Positions 1-9,765 are shown, counted from the stretch's first letter. The stretch: 64,000 nt of DNA from an uncultured delta proteobacterium (GCA_963841435.1 CAWJCS010000002.1:416001-480000); one strand, 5' to 3'. The notes: generated by a model from the sequence alone, not told the origin. Numbers and translations: made by a program.

Positions 1-1
1 C

Positions 2-235
2 GCCACCGAGGCGCGTGCGCCGCTCGTCGTAGCTTTCGCCCGCTTCGGTCATGTGGCGCCCGAGATCGTCGAGGTCGAGCAGCACGGGGTAGGCCTCACC
101 GTGAACGTCGAAGAAGGGCTCGAGATACTCGGGAACCCAAGCTGGCTGGACGTGCACGCGAAACGCCTCGTTTTCCTCGACGCAGAAAAGATCGAGGCGT
201 GCGCTCGGACCCCGCCTCCCTGGCCGGCTCGTCAT
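2..235 (-). CDS. Hypothetical protein, N-terminal part only (runs off the window edge)
   Basis: Own translation from ATG at 235: MTSRPGRRGPSARLDLFCVEENEAFRVHVQPAWVPEYLEPFFDV..., open to the edge with G/C-rich third codon positions. Confidence 0.45.
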   Translation of the reverse strand, partial: MTSRPGRRGPSARLDLFCVEENEAFRVHVQPAWVPEYLEPFFDVHGEAYPVLLDLDDLGRHMTEAGESYDERRTRLGG

Positions 236-286
236 GCACACGAAGATAGCACCGTCCAGGGCCTCGCGGGGCGCAGGACCACGTCC

Positions 287-1162
287 CTAGCGCGCGAGGA
301 ACCCGAGCAGCTCCGCGCGGAAGGCGTCGGCCGACCGAGGGCGATGCTCGGGACGAGGCTCGAGGGCACGCATCACGACGGCGTCGAGCCCGTGCGCAAT
401 GGGAACCGACGAGACCCGGGAGGGCGGCGACGGCCGCTCTCTACCGCCGTCATGAGGCCCGCGACCCGTGAGCATCAAGTAGAGGACGGCGGCGAGCGAG
501 TAGAGGTCGCTCTGGGGCCCCAGACGTTCGCCGCGACCCGCCTCGGGGCTCATGAAACGCAGCGACCCAACGACGGTCCCCGTGTCCGTAGGAACCACGG
601 GGGGCGCCGGAGCAGCGGGCGGCGCGCCGGGGAGAACGCGGGCGAGCCCGAAATCGAGGACCTTCAACGTACGGCGAAAGCCAGGTGGCGCGTGCAAGAA
701 CAGGTTCTCCGGCTTCACGTCGCGATGAACGACGCCGAGCCGATGGGCCGCCGCGAGGCCGGAGAGAGCCTGGCAGGCGAGGTCGACCGCTTCCGGCCCT
801 GGCAGACGCGTCGAGCGCGAGAGCTCGCGAGCCAGCGTGTGGCCCTCGAGCAGCTCGAGGACCAGGCAGGGGTTGTCCCCCGCGAACCAGAAGTCCACGA
901 TGTCGACGACGTTGGGATGGCGAAGCCCCGCGATGATCTGGGCCTCGACGCGGACCCGGTCCAGAAGGCTCGGATCCTTCGCGCGGAACGGGTAAAGCAC
1001 CTTGAGCGCAAACTGCTTGAGCAACACCTCGTGCTCGACGAGGTACACGGCGCTCATCGCACCCCCACCCAGGCGCCGCAAAAGCCGGTAGGGCTGCCCC
1101 GCGACCAGATCCTCGGCCGCGGTCGAGGGGCCGACGGGTAGGCGGCGGGTCGTGTGGCCCAC
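287..1162 (-). CDS. Hanks-type Ser/Thr protein kinase, soluble
   Basis: LGGGAMSAVY, FALKVL, HRDVKPEN, DFG, FMSPE, DLYSL. Start trimmed to GTG 1162 (uncertain) because the longer ORF overlaps the divergent kinase. Confidence 0.9.
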   Translation of the reverse strand: MGHTTRRLPVGPSTAAEDLVAGQPYRLLRRLGGGAMSAVYLVEHEVLLKQFALKVLYPFRAKDPSLLDRVRVEAQIIAGLRHPNVVDIVDFWFAGDNPCLVLELLEGHTLARELSRSTRLPGPEAVDLACQALSGLAAAHRLGVVHRDVKPENLFLHAPPGFRRTLKVLDFGLARVLPGAPPAAPAPPVVPTDTGTVVGSLRFMSPEAGRGERLGPQSDLYSLAAVLYLMLTGRGPHDGGRERPSPPSRVSSVPIAHGLDAVVMRALEPRPEHRPRSADAFRAELLGFLAR

Positions 1163-1221
1163 GGGCGCCAAGCTACCATTCTTGCAACGCAAGCGCTGCC
1201 GTGGCCGATTGCGTGAGGTCG

Positions 1222-2340
1222 ATGCCGACCTCAGAGCACCCGCCGTCGTCCGACCCGTTCGAGGGCACGCCCTACCGTGCGCTCGAGCGACTCGCTGCGG
1301 GCGGCATGGGCGAGGTCTTCGTCGTGCAGCATCGTCAGCTCGGCCGCACCTTCGTGGCCAAGGCACTGCATACGCCGCTCTCTCGGCACCCCCAGGTCGT
1401 GGATCGCATGCGACTCGAGGCCCAGTCGCTCGGTCGTCTCAACCACCCGAACATCGTCTCCGTGTCGGGGTTCGGTCTCACCAAGGACGGCCGTCCGTTT
1501 CTGGTGATGGAGCATCTGGGCGGTCGCACCCTCCAAGAGGAGCTCGCCGAACGCGGTCGACTGCCCGCGAGCGAGGCGCTCCTCATCGCGGACCAGCTGC
1601 TCGCCGGGCTCGAGGCAGCGCACGGGCTCGGCATCGTCCACCGCGACGTGAAGCCGGACAACCTCTTCCTCGCCGACGTGCCGAACGTCGGGCGCGTCCT
1701 CAAGATCCTCGACTTCGGCGTCGCTCGCGTGCTGCCCGACGCCCCTCCGACCGCGCCTCGTCCGCTGGCGGTGCGGACCGAGACCGGCGCCGTCGTCGGC
1801 ACGCCGCGGTTTCTGAGCCCGGAAGCGGCCAGTGGCTCGCGCGTGGACGTCCGCGCGGACCTCTACGGCGTGGGGCTCGTGCTCTACGCGATGCTCACCG
1901 GCAGAGGCCCGTTCGATCACCTGGCCGACGACGACCTCGTGCCGGCCCATGCGCTCGAGGCGCCGGCGGCGCCGTCCACCATCGTCGGAGCGGAAGTCTC
2001 GCCGCGCCTCGATCAGATCGTGCTCCGCGCCCTGGCCAAGGATCCCGCGGAGCGCTTCCAGACGGCTCCGGATCTTCGGGCGGCGCTGAATGGGCTCGCG
2101 GGCGATCGCTCGCTCGGGAGCTCGCCGCCTGCGCCGGTCACGACCCGGGTGGCGCCCCCGCTATCGGTGCCGCAAGGCTCGGGCTTTGGCGTGACCGACC
2201 ACGAGAGCGACCGTCGTCCAAGCGTTCGCCCACCTCGCGGCCCGTCGAAGCTCGTGCTCGCCGTGTTGTTTCTGCTCGGCCTCGTCGTGTCCGGCGTCGG
2301 AGCGGCGGCGCTCGTCGCGCTTTTGCTCGGCCGTCGCTGA
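1222..2340 (+). CDS. Hanks-type Ser/Thr protein kinase with C-terminal transmembrane anchor
   Basis: LAAGGMGEVF, VAK, HRDVKPDN, DFG, FLSPE; hydrophobic tail LVLAVLFLLGLVVSGVGAAALVALLL; start 1201 or 1222. Confidence 0.93.
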   Translation: MPTSEHPPSSDPFEGTPYRALERLAAGGMGEVFVVQHRQLGRTFVAKALHTPLSRHPQVVDRMRLEAQSLGRLNHPNIVSVSGFGLTKDGRPFLVMEHLGGRTLQEELAERGRLPASEALLIADQLLAGLEAAHGLGIVHRDVKPDNLFLADVPNVGRVLKILDFGVARVLPDAPPTAPRPLAVRTETGAVVGTPRFLSPEAASGSRVDVRADLYGVGLVLYAMLTGRGPFDHLADDDLVPAHALEAPAAPSTIVGAEVSPRLDQIVLRALAKDPAERFQTAPDLRAALNGLAGDRSLGSSPPAPVTTRVAPPLSVPQGSGFGVTDHESDRRPSVRPPRGPSKLVLAVLFLLGLVVSGVGAAALVALLLGRR

Positions 2341-2492
2341 GCGGCGAACCCAGGCGCCGATGCGGCCATGGAACCGCGGACGTGAGTACCGCGCCGGGCT
2401 CGCGCGAAGCGGCCTCGGAGTCTTGGCGTCCCCCGCGAGTCTGGGCGTTCGCTACGTCTTCTGAGTGCGCCGCAACGTTTGGCACGCGTCTC

Positions 2493-5333
2493 TCACGGCG
2501 ACCCGACGCGGTCGAGGTGCCACTGGTAGTGGATCGTGCCGCCGAGGCCGTCCGGTAGGTCGTAGCTGCCCTCGATGGATTGGCCGTCGTCGGAAACGGC
2601 GAGAGGCTCGGCCATCCGCCACCAGTTGATCGTGGTGGGCGAGTACAGGGTCTCGTCCACGCTCAGGTCGTTGCAGTTGCTCACCTCGGTCATCTCGGCG
2701 GCGGTGATACCGGAAGCGACGTACTCCTGCGGATCGACATCGGTGATGACGTTCAGGTTGGCGGAGGTCGTGCCGTAGGCGAGGGGGTCGTACTGTCCGT
2801 CGAGCATGGCCCCGGAAGCGCTCTGCAACGTCCGGCACGCGGGGACGCGACTCGGGAAATCGTAGAGGGCGTCGAAGGTGTAGCTCCCGCTGCCGGATTT
2901 GACCCGGAAGGGCACGGAGCCCTGCTCGGGCGGTGCGAGGGGGTCGAACTCGAACGTCACCTGCGCCGTGGTGCTCGTCGTGAGGGTGCCGAGCCCGGCG
3001 AAAGGCGAATCCTGGTCGCTCGTGACCGTGCCGGTCCAGACGAGCGCGCAGGGCTCGGACTTCGGATGCACGTGCAAGGGTCCCGAGACGCGCTCTCCGG
3101 CCCGCAGCGCATGATTGGCGAGCACCAGCAAGATGCGATCGAAGCTGCCACGTCGCGTAACGGTGGCCGGCCCGTCGTCGAAGCAGAACGTGACCTGGTT
3201 TTCGTCGCTAAAGTCGTAGGGCTGTGCCACCCAGTCGTCCGTCGTGCGGACCAACGCGAGCACGTCGAGCCGATCCGTCGGCGAGAGCTCGGAAAAATCG
3301 AGCTCGACCTGGTGCGTACGCGTGTCCGCCACGTCGAGCTCGACGTAGCGCGCCGTGAGGTTTTCGAAGTCGAGGCTGAGGTCGAAGTCCTGATCCGCGT
3401 TCAGGGTCCCCGACTCCTTGGGTGGACCGTGCTTGTCTGGAAACTGCGCTGGATCCAGATGGACGTAGCGCTCGGTTTCGGGCAGGGGATCACCGGGCAC
3501 GAGCTCGTCGTTCAGATTTCTGAGAGCGAAGCGTCGGAAGTGCTCGTCGAAAGGAAACGCGGCGTCGATGATGTCGTCCGCTTGCTCGAGGGTCGCGTTG
3601 TCGGCGAGCCCGCCCAGGCCATTCCAGATGGAGGCCATGAAGTCCGCGCCTCCGGTCTCTTGTTCGACGAAGTAAGGCCAGATGTAGGCCGCGTAGTCGT
3701 GAGGGTCCGCGAACGCGACGTTGAGCGCAGCGTGGGACGGCAGGATTCGCTGCAGGAAGCGCAGGTGGGCCGAAACGTAGGAGGCCCTCCCGTCCGGCCA
3801 GGGCGCGAGCGTGCGATCGAAATACGCCCCGGCCCAGGTGGCAGAGGCCTCGACGAACCATTGCTTCGCCGCCATGGACGCATTCCCCTGAGACCTCTTG
3901 CCCGCCCACCAGACTCCATGCGCGAGCTGGAGCACGTGAAAGAGCTCGTGGCTGACCGTGAAGTGAAACCGGGACAGGTACAGCTGCGGGCGGGGCAACA
4001 TCACGAACGCGCTCGCCGCGTGTCCGACGTAGGGCAGGTCGTTCTCGGTATTTCCCCGGGCGTCCGGGGCGTAGCCAACGCCCGAACGATGCACGCGGCT
4101 TCCCGGGTCCACGATGTAAAAGTCGATGGCATCGTCCCCACCCCCCAGGTCGAGGAGCGGCGGGCCCATCAGCGCCGTCTCGGGGCCAAAGACCTTGTCC
4201 AGGATCCCAAGCGTCAAATCCAAAAGGCGCACGCTCTCTGCGTCGTGCGCGACGTCGCCCGTGCACTGCGCCCACGCCCGGACCGGCCGCGTTCCGCTGC
4301 GCTTCGAAACCCAGCTCCCGGACTCGGGTGGGCAGGCTTCGGGGGCGGGCAGCACGGCGGCCAGCACCGCCCGCTGCGGCGCATCCGGCCCGAGCACGTC
4401 TGGGAGCGTGACCTCGTTCCACGCGCTCGAGTCGTCCGGCGGTCGCACTCTGTACCGCTCGAGCGCCGCCAGCGCTCCGGGCGAGAGATTCGATCGCTCG
4501 CTCTCGATCTCTTGGGACAGCAGCGAATCCTCCTCCTCCGAGCCCCAGCCGCGGAGCTCACTCGGCAGCCGGTCGTCACCGAAGAGCGCGTACTCGCGGT
4601 AGAGCAGCGACGTTTCGTAGTCGATGGTCCCGGCTTGCTCGGCGTCACGGATCAACGCCTGGGACGTGGGCTCCGTGTTGACGACGGATACGTCGAGCGA
4701 TGCCAGCGCGGTAGCGCCGCCGCCCGTTGCCGTCAGGCCGAGGGCCAGGTCCGTGCCGGCGGCGAGCGCACCATCCAGCATGATCGGAAGCTCGCCCACC
4801 CCAACCGCGCCCGGGAGCACCAGCACGTCGGCGTCGATGCCCTGCGTCGCTCGCGTCGTGATGCTGACGGGATCGGTGAACCCCGCATCGCGCGTGACCG
4901 TCACGCGCAGCACCGCGGTCGCGCCACGCGGCGCCGAGAGCTCAGCGGGCTCGACGGTCACCCTGAACCGCGCCGGCACGTCCCCACTCCCTCCCTCACC
5001 GGCGTCGGCGGCACCGGAGCCGCCCCTGCCGCTCACCGACGACCCGCTACTCCCACCCGCCCCGTCGCCCGCGGCGGACGCCGCTTCGCCACCCTGACCG
5101 CTCTCCGCCCTCGAGCCGCCGGCTCCAGCGGACGACGCGCCGCCCTTCCCGGCCAAACCCGCGCCGCTCGACCCGCCACCTCCCGCGGGACCGTCGTCTC
5201 CGCAGGCGGCAAACATTCCAACGACGACCACGACGACGAGGCCCTGGCCTCTGGCGAAAAGAATCACAGCAGACGGTGCGCGCGAGCGCGGGCGATAGCA
5301 ACACAAAGGGTGAAGCGATCCATTCCGATCCAC
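2493..5333 (-). CDS. Large lipoprotein, putative zinc metallopeptidase (HEXXH)
   Basis: Lipobox-like FAAC, Gly-rich linker, SHELFHVLQ plus downstream WFVEASATW; exact start uncertain. Confidence 0.75.
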   Translation of the reverse strand: MDRNGSLHPLCCYRPRSRAPSAVILFARGQGLVVVVVVGMFAACGDDGPAGGGGSSGAGLAGKGGASSAGAGGSRAESGQGGEAASAAGDGAGGSSGSSVSGRGGSGAADAGEGGSGDVPARFRVTVEPAELSAPRGATAVLRVTVTRDAGFTDPVSITTRATQGIDADVLVLPGAVGVGELPIMLDGALAAGTDLALGLTATGGGATALASLDVSVVNTEPTSQALIRDAEQAGTIDYETSLLYREYALFGDDRLPSELRGWGSEEEDSLLSQEIESERSNLSPGALAALERYRVRPPDDSSAWNEVTLPDVLGPDAPQRAVLAAVLPAPEACPPESGSWVSKRSGTRPVRAWAQCTGDVAHDAESVRLLDLTLGILDKVFGPETALMGPPLLDLGGGDDAIDFYIVDPGSRVHRSGVGYAPDARGNTENDLPYVGHAASAFVMLPRPQLYLSRFHFTVSHELFHVLQLAHGVWWAGKRSQGNASMAAKQWFVEASATWAGAYFDRTLAPWPDGRASYVSAHLRFLQRILPSHAALNVAFADPHDYAAYIWPYFVEQETGGADFMASIWNGLGGLADNATLEQADDIIDAAFPFDEHFRRFALRNLNDELVPGDPLPETERYVHLDPAQFPDKHGPPKESGTLNADQDFDLSLDFENLTARYVELDVADTRTHQVELDFSELSPTDRLDVLALVRTTDDWVAQPYDFSDENQVTFCFDDGPATVTRRGSFDRILLVLANHALRAGERVSGPLHVHPKSEPCALVWTGTVTSDQDSPFAGLGTLTTSTTAQVTFEFDPLAPPEQGSVPFRVKSGSGSYTFDALYDFPSRVPACRTLQSASGAMLDGQYDPLAYGTTSANLNVITDVDPQEYVASGITAAEMTEVSNCNDLSVDETLYSPTTINWWRMAEPLAVSDDGQSIEGSYDLPDGLGGTIHYQWHLDRVGSP

Positions 5334-5469
5334 GTTCCGGCGGGGTATTCAGTCCTCCCGGCGAAAAATGCGGCAAGGTCGCCCCGCGCATCGGTCGAGT
5401 GTGCCAGAGTTTGCGTCGGCCTCGACGCCCAGCGGGGCCACGGCTGAAAAAAAGGAACCCGAGCGCACG

Positions 5470-6534
5470 ATGCCCGATCGAGAACGGCTCGGGGGACCGC
5501 CTCCGAGGGTCGCGGTGCTCGCGCCCATTTCTTGGCGCGTCCCCCCCGTGCACTATGGGCCCTGGGAGCAATTCGTGTCCCTGTTGACGGAGGGTTTGGT
5601 CGAGCGGGGTCTGGACGTGACGCTCTTCGCGACGGAAAACTCGGTCACCCGGGCGCGCCTGGTGGGGAGCGCGCCGTGTGGATACTCCGAGTCGGCGAGC
5701 ATCGACGCGAAGGTGTGGGAGGCGTTGCACATCTCGGCCTGCTTCGAGCGCGCCTCGGAATTCGATATCATCCACAATAGCTTCGACTTTCTGCCTCTCG
5801 CGTTTTCCGGGCTCGTCGAGACCCCGGTCGTGACCACGATCCACGGATTTTCTTCGGAGCGGATACTCCCCGTCTATCAGAAGTACGACGCGACGAATCA
5901 CTACGTCGCGATCAGTGATGCCGACCGGCACCCGTCGCTCCACTATGCCGCGACCATCCACCACGGCATCGACATGGGCGCCTTCGAGCTCGGCCGAGGT
6001 GCGCGAGACCACTTGCTGTTCTTCGGACGCATTCACCCCGACAAGGGAACGGCCGAGGCCATTTCGATCGCACGTCTTTCGGGCCTTCCGCTCGTCATCG
6101 CTGGCATCATTCAGGACCGCGCCTACTTCGCGAAGGCGGTAGAGCCTCACATCGACGGCAAGCAGGTCACGTTTCTGGGTCCGATTGGTCCCGAGCGGAA
6201 GAGCCAGCTGCTCGGCAGCGCGCGGGCCCTCATTCACTACGTCAGCTTCGACGAGCCTTTCGGGTTCAGCGTCGTGGAGGCGATGGCGTGTGGAACACCC
6301 GTGATCGCAACGCGGCGCGGCTCGATGCCGGAGCTGATCCGCGACGGCCTCAACGGCCGCCTGGTCGAGACCCTCGCCCAGGCAGCTGACGCCGTGGCAA
6401 AAATGCGGGACCTGCCGCCTGCAGCCGTGCGTGCCTCCGTCTCCGATCGCTTTCGCGACGATCGCATGGTCGACGACTACCTGGCCTTGTACCGGCGCAT
6501 TCTGGCCGGGCGCGCCGCGCAGGCACGCCCTTGA
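5470..6534 (+). CDS. Glycosyltransferase family 4 (GT-B)
   Basis: VPPVHYG N-terminal motif, FFGRIHPDKG, DEPFGFSVVEAMACGTPVIA. Confidence 0.92.
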   Translation: MPDRERLGGPPPRVAVLAPISWRVPPVHYGPWEQFVSLLTEGLVERGLDVTLFATENSVTRARLVGSAPCGYSESASIDAKVWEALHISACFERASEFDIIHNSFDFLPLAFSGLVETPVVTTIHGFSSERILPVYQKYDATNHYVAISDADRHPSLHYAATIHHGIDMGAFELGRGARDHLLFFGRIHPDKGTAEAISIARLSGLPLVIAGIIQDRAYFAKAVEPHIDGKQVTFLGPIGPERKSQLLGSARALIHYVSFDEPFGFSVVEAMACGTPVIATRRGSMPELIRDGLNGRLVETLAQAADAVAKMRDLPPAAVRASVSDRFRDDRMVDDYLALYRRILAGRAAQARP

Positions 6535-7757
6535 GCGCGCCCGCGGTCACGCCGTTCCGGCTGGGGATCAACTACTGGCCGGCGCGGACGGCGATGGGCT
6601 TTTGGAGCTCGTTCGACGCTCGGGAGGTCGAGACGGACTTCCGACGTATCGCCGAAGGCGGGTTCGACTCGGTCCGCCTCTTTCTGACCTGGGAGGACTT
6701 CCAGCCCAGCCTGGGCGCGCTGGATCCGATCTGCTGCGCGCGCTTGGTCTCGACCCTCGACCTGGCAAGTGCGGTGGGACTCGCCGTCATGCCGACGCTC
6801 TTCACGGGCCACATGAGCGGCGTGAACTTTATCCCAGCCTGGGCTCTGGGGCACCGAAGCGGCGACGACCGCTTCCGCGTCGTCTCGGGAGGTCGCGTCG
6901 TCGCGTCGCGGCTCGCGAGCTGGTATTCCGATGGGGCGATCGGCAAGGCACAGAGCTCGCTCGCCGGCGAGCTCGCCACGGCCCTTTCGGGGCATCCCGC
7001 CCTATGGGCCTGGGATCTCGGCAACGAGAACTCCAACTGCGGCGCGGCGCCCGACAAAGAGAGCGCGCGCGCCTGGCTTCACCGCGTCAGCGAAGCGATC
7101 CGTCGTGCCGACGGGAGCGCGAGGATCACCATGGGCCTTCACATGGAAGACCTGGAACACGATCGGAACCTCGGGCCCGCCGAAGCCGCGGAAGTGTGTG
7201 ATTTTCTGACGATGCACGGCTATCCAGGCTACGCGCCTTGGGCCGATGGCCCTACCGACGAGCGCCTGCTGCCTTTTCTGACTCGGCTCACCGCTCTCTT
7301 GAGTGGTGATGCCGAGGTCCTGTTCTCCGAATTCGGAGTCCCAACGACGGTGAACGGTGAGCTCGAACCGGACGAGCCTCCCTCCGGCCCGGCGCTCGTG
7401 AGCGAGGAGGTCGCCGCGGCTTACGTCGGTCGCGCCCTCCATGCGCTCCATCACTCCGGAAGCACCGGCGCGATGCTCTGGTGCTACAGCGACTACCCCG
7501 CCAATCTCTGGAGCGAGCCGCCCTTCGACGTGGCGATCCACGAGCGCTCCTTCGGTCTGTGGCGCGCGGACGCTTCCCCGAAACCCGCCGTCGCCGTTGT
7601 CCGCTCTTTCGCACAGGAGCGCGCTCTCTTCGCACCGGCCGAGCCGCTGCCCCACTCGAGCTGGTTCGACCGCGACCCGAAGCGATTCTACGCGGCACCG
7701 GAGATCGAGCTGCCACGCCTGTTCGGGCGCTACTGTTCGGCAGCGTCTGCCGGCTAG
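6531..7757 (+). CDS. Clan GH-A glycoside hydrolase (GH5-like)
   Basis: LGINYWP, DSVRLFLTWEDFQP, acid/base WDLGNE, nucleophile SEFG, AMLWC, FGLWRAD; 4-bp overlap with the GT4 stop. Confidence 0.85.
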   Translation: MSAPAVTPFRLGINYWPARTAMGFWSSFDAREVETDFRRIAEGGFDSVRLFLTWEDFQPSLGALDPICCARLVSTLDLASAVGLAVMPTLFTGHMSGVNFIPAWALGHRSGDDRFRVVSGGRVVASRLASWYSDGAIGKAQSSLAGELATALSGHPALWAWDLGNENSNCGAAPDKESARAWLHRVSEAIRRADGSARITMGLHMEDLEHDRNLGPAEAAEVCDFLTMHGYPGYAPWADGPTDERLLPFLTRLTALLSGDAEVLFSEFGVPTTVNGELEPDEPPSGPALVSEEVAAAYVGRALHALHHSGSTGAMLWCYSDYPANLWSEPPFDVAIHERSFGLWRADASPKPAVAVVRSFAQERALFAPAEPLPHSSWFDRDPKRFYAAPEIELPRLFGRYCSAASAG

Positions 7758-7912
7758 GTCGCGTGCCGGCGTCCGTACCTTCTCGTCACGCGCGGCTTCC
7801 GACGACGCCGCGGCGACCATGCTGGTCCCGCTGGTCCTCGGCACCGCGGTGCTGCTGTCGTGGCGCTTGCGCCCGTCGAGCCGGGTGCTGGTGTCGGCAC
7901 CAAGATGGTGGT

Positions 7913-9199
7913 CTAGAGCAACAGCTTCCGCGGGCGGGCGGCCGTTTGGCGTAGAGCGAGCCGTTCGGCGAGCTCGCCGGCAAGGTTGTCGAAGAGGAAC
8001 GCGACCGGGGGCGGCGCGTCCTCGTCGAGCTGGCGCAGCGGCACGCCGTGCTGCGTCGCCTCGAGGAAGGCCGGATGGCGGGGGATGGTCGTGTCGAAAA
8101 GCCACTCGGGCGGCAACTCCTCGAGCGCGCCCTGGAAGACCCCGAGCGAGGCCTGGTGTCGGGTCTGCAGCATGTTGAGCACCACGCCCGCGACCGCGGG
8201 GCGGCGACCCTCGGGCAGCGCGGCGAGCGCTTCCGAAAAGCGCGGGAACGAGCGAGACGCCAGCACCTCGGCCTGCAGTACGCCGACGACGTGCGTCACC
8301 CCGCGTAAGATTGCTCGCGTCGCACCGAACATGCCGGCGGGCGTGTCGACGACCACGACGTCGGCGCGCTGCGCGAGCAGGCCGAGCAGCTCCACCCAGC
8401 GCCGGTGCGGGTCCAAAATCACGAGGTCGAGGTCCGGCAGCACCGGCCCCACCGCCGGCATCAGCTTGAGCCGTGGCAGCACGGTGTCGATCAGCGCCTC
8501 GTCGATGGTCGCGCGGCCGCTCACGATGTCGAGCGCGCCTGCCTTGGCGCGTTCGCGCGCGTCGATGCCGGAGAGCACGTCGCCGTTGACGTCGCCGTTG
8601 ACCAAGATCACCGAGTGCCCGCGCCGGGCGAGGCTCAAGGCGGTGTTGAGCGCGATCGTGCTCTTGCCCGAGCCGCCCTTTGGGCTCACGAACGCGAGGA
8701 TCCTCGCGTCGCGCGCGGGCGCGGCGAGCGACGGGTGGCGGCTCCTTGGGCGTGCGGGCGCGAGAACCGGGGCGGGCGGCGGAGACGATTCGGGGACGGG
8801 CGCGCCCGGAGCCGGCGGCGCCACCCCGGGGTGCGTGGGCAGCTCTTGCAGCGTGAAGGGGCGCGCCTTTTCGGGCCGGACGCTGGAGCGGTCGCCCACG
8901 GCGTCCACCAGGAGCGCGTCGAGGCGGCCGAGCGGCTCCGGAAGCTCCTCCGGCGTCTCCGAGCGAAAGACGAAGAAGTCTCCTTCCTTCGTGCGAAACA
9001 GGTCCTTGAACGCCTCGTGCCCTTGGTGCTCGTCGGCGCTCGCGCTCACGACGTGCCCGCTCTTGACGAAGATGGTGCCGCTCGGGTGCCCGTCGCGCGA
9101 CAGCTCCACGCCCGTGTATTGCCGACCCAGACTCACCACCTGCAGAACCTCGGCGAGGTCGAACTCGCGCAAGCTGCCCTGCATCACTCCGATCTTCAT
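7913..9199 (-). CDS. DUF4388 (PatA-N-like) domain fused to ParA/MinD-family ATPase
   Basis: N-terminal QGSLREFDLAEVLQVV...GTIFVKSGHVV...EGDFFV; Pro-rich linker; deviant Walker A SPKGGSGKST; VVVDTPAG; TTIPRH; ATG 9199 overlaps the globin stop (ATGA). Confidence 0.88.
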   Translation of the reverse strand: MKIGVMQGSLREFDLAEVLQVVSLGRQYTGVELSRDGHPSGTIFVKSGHVVSASADEHQGHEAFKDLFRTKEGDFFVFRSETPEELPEPLGRLDALLVDAVGDRSSVRPEKARPFTLQELPTHPGVAPPAPGAPVPESSPPPAPVLAPARPRSRHPSLAAPARDARILAFVSPKGGSGKSTIALNTALSLARRGHSVILVNGDVNGDVLSGIDARERAKAGALDIVSGRATIDEALIDTVLPRLKLMPAVGPVLPDLDLVILDPHRRWVELLGLLAQRADVVVVDTPAGMFGATRAILRGVTHVVGVLQAEVLASRSFPRFSEALAALPEGRRPAVAGVVLNMLQTRHQASLGVFQGALEELPPEWLFDTTIPRHPAFLEATQHGVPLRQLDEDAPPPVAFLFDNLAGELAERLALRQTAARPRKLLL

Positions 9200-9765
9200 G
9201 ACGGGTTCTCCGTTCCGAGGCGTGCCTCGTCGATGCCCGCCTCCGCGAGCTGCAAAAGCAGCGCTTCCTCGCCCTGTCGCTCTGCCGCGGCGGCGCCGTT
9301 CAGCGCGCCTTGCCGATCGACCCCTGCCGAGCCGAGGCGCATGGTCTGCGCGAGCAGGGTGTAAAGCTGCGTCCACGCGGCCCGAACCTCGGGCGTGAAC
9401 GCTTCGCCGAGTCCGTAATCGAGCGTCCAGAGCAGCGCTTCGGCCACGACGCCGTAAGACGCGGAAGGGATGCGGTAGAGCTCGGAGTGACGACGCCCGA
9501 GGGCGAGCACGACGAGCATCAGATCCTGCTCGGGCGGCACATCGTCGCGCCACTCGTTGTCCGAGAAGTCGAGCGACTTGACGATGAAGGCGAGCATTCG
9601 CAAGAGCTTTCGCTTCTGCGACGCCATGTCCCCCTTGAAGAGCGACTGATAGTCGGGGCGGAGCTCGAATAGGCGCTTGTAGAAGAGATCCGCCGCCGTG
9701 TCCGCAATGGGGACGACCAAGCGGAAACTTTGGCGCACTGCTTTGCGATCGCTTTCGGTCAGCAT
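9196..9765 (-). CDS. Single-domain globin with EF-region insertion and C-terminal extension
   Basis: VRQSF, LFYKRLF (B10 Tyr), SLF, SQKRKL (E7 Gln), LGRRH (proximal His), AFTPEVRAAW. Confidence 0.92.
   Translation of the reverse strand: MLTESDRKAVRQSFRLVVPIADTAADLFYKRLFELRPDYQSLFKGDMASQKRKLLRMLAFIVKSLDFSDNEWRDDVPPEQDLMLVVLALGRRHSELYRIPSASYGVVAEALLWTLDYGLGEAFTPEVRAAWTQLYTLLAQTMRLGSAGVDRQGALNGAAAAERQGEEALLLQLAEAGIDEARLGTENPS

Noticed and set aside
2341-2455. Imperfect inverted repeat GCGAACCCAG / CTGGGCGTTCGC between convergent genes
   Set aside because: Short and imperfect with a loop of about 85 nt; expected by chance at this GC content
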